Origin: Candidatus Zhuqueibacterota bacterium
GTDB taxonomy: Bacteria > Zhuqueibacterota > Zhuqueibacteria > Thermofontimicrobiales > Thermofontimicrobiaceae
Assembly (NCBI GenBank): GCA_049322915.1
Contig: JBMOPW010000010.1
Span: 32,001 to 96,000, forward strand
Reading direction: 5' to 3'
DNA length: 64,000 bases
This document shows positions 59,546-64,000 of this stretch, one piece after another (position 1 is the stretch's first letter; each line of letters opens with the position of its first letter). A program made the translations under genes and the position numbers. The notes under the pieces are model-generated. The model was not told where the DNA came from. It was given only the letters and a program-made list of their open reading frames with translations, and did not search any database.

Positions 59546-60601
59546 ATGCAGTTATTCGGCAAAGACTGGACGCGTCGCGAGATTGAAGCGAGGGTGGGGC
59601 GGATGGAACAACTGGGCGGCGTCCGTCGCATGCAACTCACAGAGGGACCTGAAGCCGGCGTCGAGATCATTCAGGTGAGCACCGGCGCCGGACTGACGTA
59701 CTATGTGTCGCCATCGCGCGGACTCGATATTTCGCTGGCCAAATTCAGAGATGTGCCCATTAGCTGGAAGTCGCCCAATGGGGACGTGGCCCCGGCCTTT
59801 TACAATGCCGGTGAACTGGAATGGTTACGCACGGCTGCCGGGGGTTTGTTGATGACCTGTGGGCTCAGTCAGGTGGGTTCTCCCAATGAAGATGGGGGCG
59901 AAAAGCTGGGGCTGCACGGGCGAATCCATCACACGCCGGCGCGTCACGTTTCCGCCGGAGCGAACTGGCGTGATGATGATTATGAACTGCGCGTCTCCGG
60001 CATGGCGGAGGAGACGAAAATTTTTGGCGACTGCCTGCGGCTCACCCGCTCGCTGATCAGCCGAATGGGGGAGAATCGCATCGAAATCCACGATGAGGTC
60101 GAGAATGTGGGCTTTCGTTCCGCGCCGCACATGATGTTGTACCACTTCAATTTTGGCTTTCCATTGCTGATGGAGGAAACGCGGATCAAATTCCCTTCAG
60201 CAAAGGTGACGCCGCGGGAAGAAACAACCCCGCTGGCCGGGTTTGATCAGTGGCAGGCGCCGACCATCGATTACCAGGAACGGGTCTATTATCACACTGT
60301 AATTTCGTCCCGGAACCACATCGCCTCGGTCGAAATCACCAATCCGATTTTTCCTCTCGGTAGCGGCAATGGCGCCACGGCGCTGTGCGTCCGCATTTCG
60401 TGGAATACGGAGCAATTGCCGCGGCTCGTGCAGTGGAAAATGCCGGGCGCCGGCGTGCATGTTCTGGGCATTGAACCAGCCAATTGCTGGGTAGAAGGTC
60501 GCGCTGTGGAACGCCAAAGAGGCACACTGGTGCAGTTAAATCCGGGGGAAAAGAAATTTTATGATCTGGAAATTGAAATACTGGATGTTTCAGAAAGCTG
60601 A
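59546..60601 (+). CDS. Aldose 1-epimerase-like (DUF4432) protein
   Basis: RGLDI, GGLLMTCGL, LHGR, YHFNFGFP, LGIEPAN. Confidence 0.85.
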   Translation: MQLFGKDWTRREIEARVGRMEQLGGVRRMQLTEGPEAGVEIIQVSTGAGLTYYVSPSRGLDISLAKFRDVPISWKSPNGDVAPAFYNAGELEWLRTAAGGLLMTCGLSQVGSPNEDGGEKLGLHGRIHHTPARHVSAGANWRDDDYELRVSGMAEETKIFGDCLRLTRSLISRMGENRIEIHDEVENVGFRSAPHMMLYHFNFGFPLLMEETRIKFPSAKVTPREETTPLAGFDQWQAPTIDYQERVYYHTVISSRNHIASVEITNPIFPLGSGNGATALCVRISWNTEQLPRLVQWKMPGAGVHVLGIEPANCWVEGRAVERQRGTLVQLNPGEKKFYDLEIEILDVSES

Positions 60602-60624
60602 CTGCGGAGAATGTGAGGCCTGAA

Positions 60625-61107
60625 TCAGGAATCGAGTATCGTTCTGACAAGCGCTGTCAATTGGGGAATATCGAATGGCTTCTGGATGAAGGCAGTGGCG
60701 CTGGTAATAATGGAATTTTCACTCGTCTGGCGCGGCAGCTCGCTGCCGGAGATCAGCAGCACCTTTACCGATGGATTCATCTGTTTCATGCGTCTGAGAG
60801 TTTCGGCGCCGTCCATTTTTGGGAGGTTCATGTCCAGGATGACCAGGTCAATGCGGGAGTTCAACTGCCGGAACATCTCGTAGCCATCGATGCCATTCTC
60901 GGCGCTGAATATGGTATAGCCAATCCGCTCGAAGATAGATTTCTCAAGCTGAAGCAGCATTTCTTCGTCTTCGATGATGAGAATGCTTTCGGCCCCGGGT
61001 TTGTTGGGTCTCGCGGTCGACAATTGTTCCTCCCGAATCGGTTCAATGGAAGAACTGTCTGTCTGGCGCGAAGTCTGGCGCTTCTTTTTTTTGAATGACT
61101 GGCTCAC
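60625..61107 (-). CDS. Stand-alone response regulator receiver domain
   Basis: ILIIEDE, DLVILDMNLP.MDG, ISG, FIQKPF. Start uncertain. Confidence 0.8.
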   Translation of the reverse strand: MSQSFKKKKRQTSRQTDSSSIEPIREEQLSTARPNKPGAESILIIEDEEMLLQLEKSIFERIGYTIFSAENGIDGYEMFRQLNSRIDLVILDMNLPKMDGAETLRRMKQMNPSVKVLLISGSELPRQTSENSIITSATAFIQKPFDIPQLTALVRTILDS

Positions 61108-61790
61108 GTTGGTGTTGGCCTTTTTTCATTTTTCATGACATGCCTGCCGGAATATCTGCACGAGGCCGGCAAGGGGCAGTTATGAAGGTGTTGAACGCAT
61201 TGAACGTGAATTTTTTTTAGTATTTAAAACGTCTCGTTTTGGAGGGCAGAATAGAATTCCTACTTCTGATTTCGGTGAAGCAATTATTCGAATCATGAAT
61301 TGCATTGCAAACCAGGAACGATGAATGATTGTGATAGAAACTGCATCACTAAAATAATTCTGTTAAATCAATTTAGCAACAGATATTTGTATTATTGCAA
61401 AAAGTTCATCGGTCGGACGGCTCTGTCTGTCTGGCGAGTCTGTCTGCGGCACGGCAAACGCGCACTGCAAACAGGATTGACGCGCGCCTAAAAGAGAAAC
61501 TCGATCTGGCTGGCTGATCCATTCCGGTGTCAGCGAACAGTCGTCCGAAAATTGCGGTGGCTATGACGGCATTCCGATGAATTGATAAAACCGGTCGTCG
61601 CCTATTTTTATCATAGAAATGTATGGCAGGAGTTGATGGAACAGCCGTTCGTACCGTCAATTTCATCCACATTCATGAACGGCGGACAATTATTTTCATC
61701 CGTGTATTGCATTAAATCCGGGAGTCCCCGGAATATTTATAGATCGCACGCAAAGCAGCGTGTAACATTTACCACAAGGGAGTCCATGTA

Positions 61791-63920
61791 ATGAAAATAG
61801 AAAAAGAGATAATGGCGTTATTGCAGCAAAATTCGATTCAGGGGTATAAACCCAAGCATCTGGCCAAGTTGCTGAAAATCTCCAGCGAGGACTATCCTGC
61901 TTTCAAACGAAAATTGAAAAAGATGGTCGCCGATGGCACGATTTACCGATACAAAAAAGGCCGATTCGGCGTTGGACAGCAGAACATTGAAATTGTTGGC
62001 AAGCTGCATGTGAAAACCCAGGGGTACGGTTTCCTGATCACCGAAGAAAAAAGGGATGACATTTTCATCAGTCAACGGAATATGGGAACCGCTTTTCATG
62101 GTGATAGCGTCAAAGTGGAGCTGTATGCCCGGTCCGAGGGAAAAAGCCAGGAGGGGCGCGTCGTTGAAATCATCGAGCGCGCGAGGAAAAACATCGTTGG
62201 CACTTTCCAATCGGGAAAATACTGGGGCACAGTCATCCCTGATAATTCGAAAATGCTCCGGGATATTTATATCGCACCTGACGATAAAATGAACGCGCGG
62301 ACGGGGCAGAAGGTTGTCGTCAGCCACATTGAGTGGGAGGATGAACAGGAAAATCCCACCGGGAAAATCGTGGAAATATTGGGTGATCCCGAAGCCGCCG
62401 GCGTTGATATCCTCTCGGTCATTCGTTCGTTTGATATGACGGAGAAATTTACTGCCCGCGTGCTGAATGAGGCGGAGAAGGTCTCCGCGACTATCCCGGA
62501 GAAGGAAATCGCTCGACGACTCGATTGGCGAAAGGAGGTGACATTCACCATCGACCCTGTCGATGCCAAAGATTTCGATGATGCTGTTTCGCTGAAGCGG
62601 CTGGAGAATAACAATTATTTGTTGGGCGTTCACATCGCGGACGTGAGCTATTACGTGAGAGAAGGAAACGTTGTCGATGGCGAGGCCAGGAATCGCGGCA
62701 CTTCGGTGTATCTGGTGGATCGGGTGATTCCGATGCTGCCGGAACAGATTTCCAACAACATCTGCTCGCTCCGACCCAATGAGGATCGGCTGGTCTACTC
62801 CGTGCTCATCGAATTGACGCCGTCTGCTGATGTTGTCAATTACGAGATTCACGAAGCGGTCATCCACAGCGTCCGGCGATTCACCTACGAGGAAGTGCAG
62901 GAAATAGTCGATGGCTCGAAGAGCGATGACCCCTATCGGGAGATCATTGCTCAGATGTTCAAATTGAGCAAAGCGTTGATTAAAAAACGGACGGCCCGCG
63001 GCTGTCTTGATTTCAGTAGCCATGAAGTCCGATTCATTCTGGACGAAGATGGCAAGCCCAAAGAAATCAGAAAACTGGTTCAATTGGATAGCCATCGCAT
63101 TATCGAAGAGTTCATGGTTATGGCCAATTCGCTTGTCGCGAAACACATTGCCACGATCATCAGCGAGCAGGTTGGGTATGAGCCACCGTTCCCTTACCGC
63201 ATCCATGAACGGCCTGGCGCTGAAAAGCTCCAGGATTACGTGAAATTCACCCAGGCGTTGGGCCTGGAATTTCAGACGAAAAAACGGGTCACGCCGACAA
63301 TGTTTCAGCGACTTCTCCATTCCATCGACGCTGATGATCCCCGAAAAAGCCTGGTGGAGACTGTCACGGTTCGCACGATGATGAAAGCGAAGTACTGCGC
63401 GAAAAATGAGGGTCACTTTGGATTGGCGCTGAAATATTATTGTCATTTCACCTCGCCGATTCGTCGCTACCCGGATCTCATCGCGCATCGGTTGCTCAAA
63501 ATGTATCTCCAGAAGCCAATTCAACCGCCAGTGAAAAAGACCATGCTTGACAAAATGTGCAGCCATGCCACCGACCGGGAAGTGAACGCCCTCGAGGCGG
63601 AGCGCGCTTCAATTAAAGTGAAACAATTGGAATTCATGGAAGAGCGGGTTGGGGAAACCTATCCCGGCGTTATTTCCGGCATCACGTCGTTCGGAATATT
63701 TGTGGAAATCAGCGAGTTTTTAATCGAAGGTATGGTTCATATTACCAATCTGCGCGATGATTATTACATCCATGAGGTGGACCGTTATCGCCTGATCGGA
63801 CAGAACACTCGAAAAATATATCAACTGGGCGACCGCGTCCAGGTCCGCGTCATGCTGGTCAACCCGGAAGAGCGGTTCATTGATTTTGATCTGGTGGAGT
63901 CGAATCGGCGGGCGAGATAG
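61791..63920 (+). CDS. rnr: Ribonuclease R
   Basis: Cold-shock domains; RNB motifs TIDPVDAKDFDDA, HIADVS, IEEFM, HFTSPIRRYPDL; C-terminal S1 domain. Confidence 0.96.
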   Translation: MKIEKEIMALLQQNSIQGYKPKHLAKLLKISSEDYPAFKRKLKKMVADGTIYRYKKGRFGVGQQNIEIVGKLHVKTQGYGFLITEEKRDDIFISQRNMGTAFHGDSVKVELYARSEGKSQEGRVVEIIERARKNIVGTFQSGKYWGTVIPDNSKMLRDIYIAPDDKMNARTGQKVVVSHIEWEDEQENPTGKIVEILGDPEAAGVDILSVIRSFDMTEKFTARVLNEAEKVSATIPEKEIARRLDWRKEVTFTIDPVDAKDFDDAVSLKRLENNNYLLGVHIADVSYYVREGNVVDGEARNRGTSVYLVDRVIPMLPEQISNNICSLRPNEDRLVYSVLIELTPSADVVNYEIHEAVIHSVRRFTYEEVQEIVDGSKSDDPYREIIAQMFKLSKALIKKRTARGCLDFSSHEVRFILDEDGKPKEIRKLVQLDSHRIIEEFMVMANSLVAKHIATIISEQVGYEPPFPYRIHERPGAEKLQDYVKFTQALGLEFQTKKRVTPTMFQRLLHSIDADDPRKSLVETVTVRTMMKAKYCAKNEGHFGLALKYYCHFTSPIRRYPDLIAHRLLKMYLQKPIQPPVKKTMLDKMCSHATDREVNALEAERASIKVKQLEFMEERVGETYPGVISGITSFGIFVEISEFLIEGMVHITNLRDDYYIHEVDRYRLIGQNTRKIYQLGDRVQVRVMLVNPEERFIDFDLVESNRRAR

Positions 63921-63923
63921 CTA

Positions 63924-63952
63924 TTGACAATCAGTCGAAAAGTGATTATATT
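63924..63952 (+). promoter_or_regulatory. Sigma70-type promoter for the next (off-window) gene
   Basis: TTGACA-17 nt-TATATT directly after the rnr stop. Confidence 0.65.
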
Positions 63953-64000
63953 CAGCCCGCAAAAATGATGCGCCTGGCAAATGGCGGATCGTTGAAAGCG

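Noticed and set aside
61440..61560. GGCAAAC...GACGC sequence resembling a c-di-GMP-I riboswitch
   Set aside because: It lacks the GACGCAAA junction and convincing P1/P2 pairing; an Rfam scan would be needed to revive it.
61818..63566. 582-aa minus-strand ORF opposite rnr
   Set aside because: Antisense shadow of RNase R with no protein-like motifs.

Overview
Bacterial DNA, roughly mid-50s % GC by eye. The first ~31.5 kb is the 3' part of a non-ribosomal peptide synthetase (NRPS) cluster on the + strand. It contains a truncated choline/carnitine acyltransferase-like gene and three NRPS genes with 7 modules (C-A-T-C-A-T-E / C-A-T-C-A-T / C-A-T-C-A-T-C-A-T-TE). These are followed by an MFS exporter, a small unknown protein, MbtH, a type II thioesterase, an Sfp-type PPTase and a sulfotransferase. 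Hand-read A-domain codes suggest basic-D-basic-Asn-Phe-basic-Asn-Tyr. The main observation is a ~110-aa PilZ-like domain inserted in frame between motifs A8 and A9 of the second adenylation domain. Both c-di-GMP-binding motifs are intact (RxxxR and DxSxxG), so this is a candidate NRPS assembly line gated directly by c-di-GMP. The remaining ~32 kb is mixed housekeeping and accessory genes, including an FeS photolyase, Fpg/Nei, peptidases, rsgA and rnr. It also carries three copies of a 161-bp MITE with 4-bp target duplications and a separate 131-bp element with a centred GTAG palindrome. No rRNA, tRNA, CRISPR array or transposase was recognised. All assignments come from reading motifs by eye; no searches were run.
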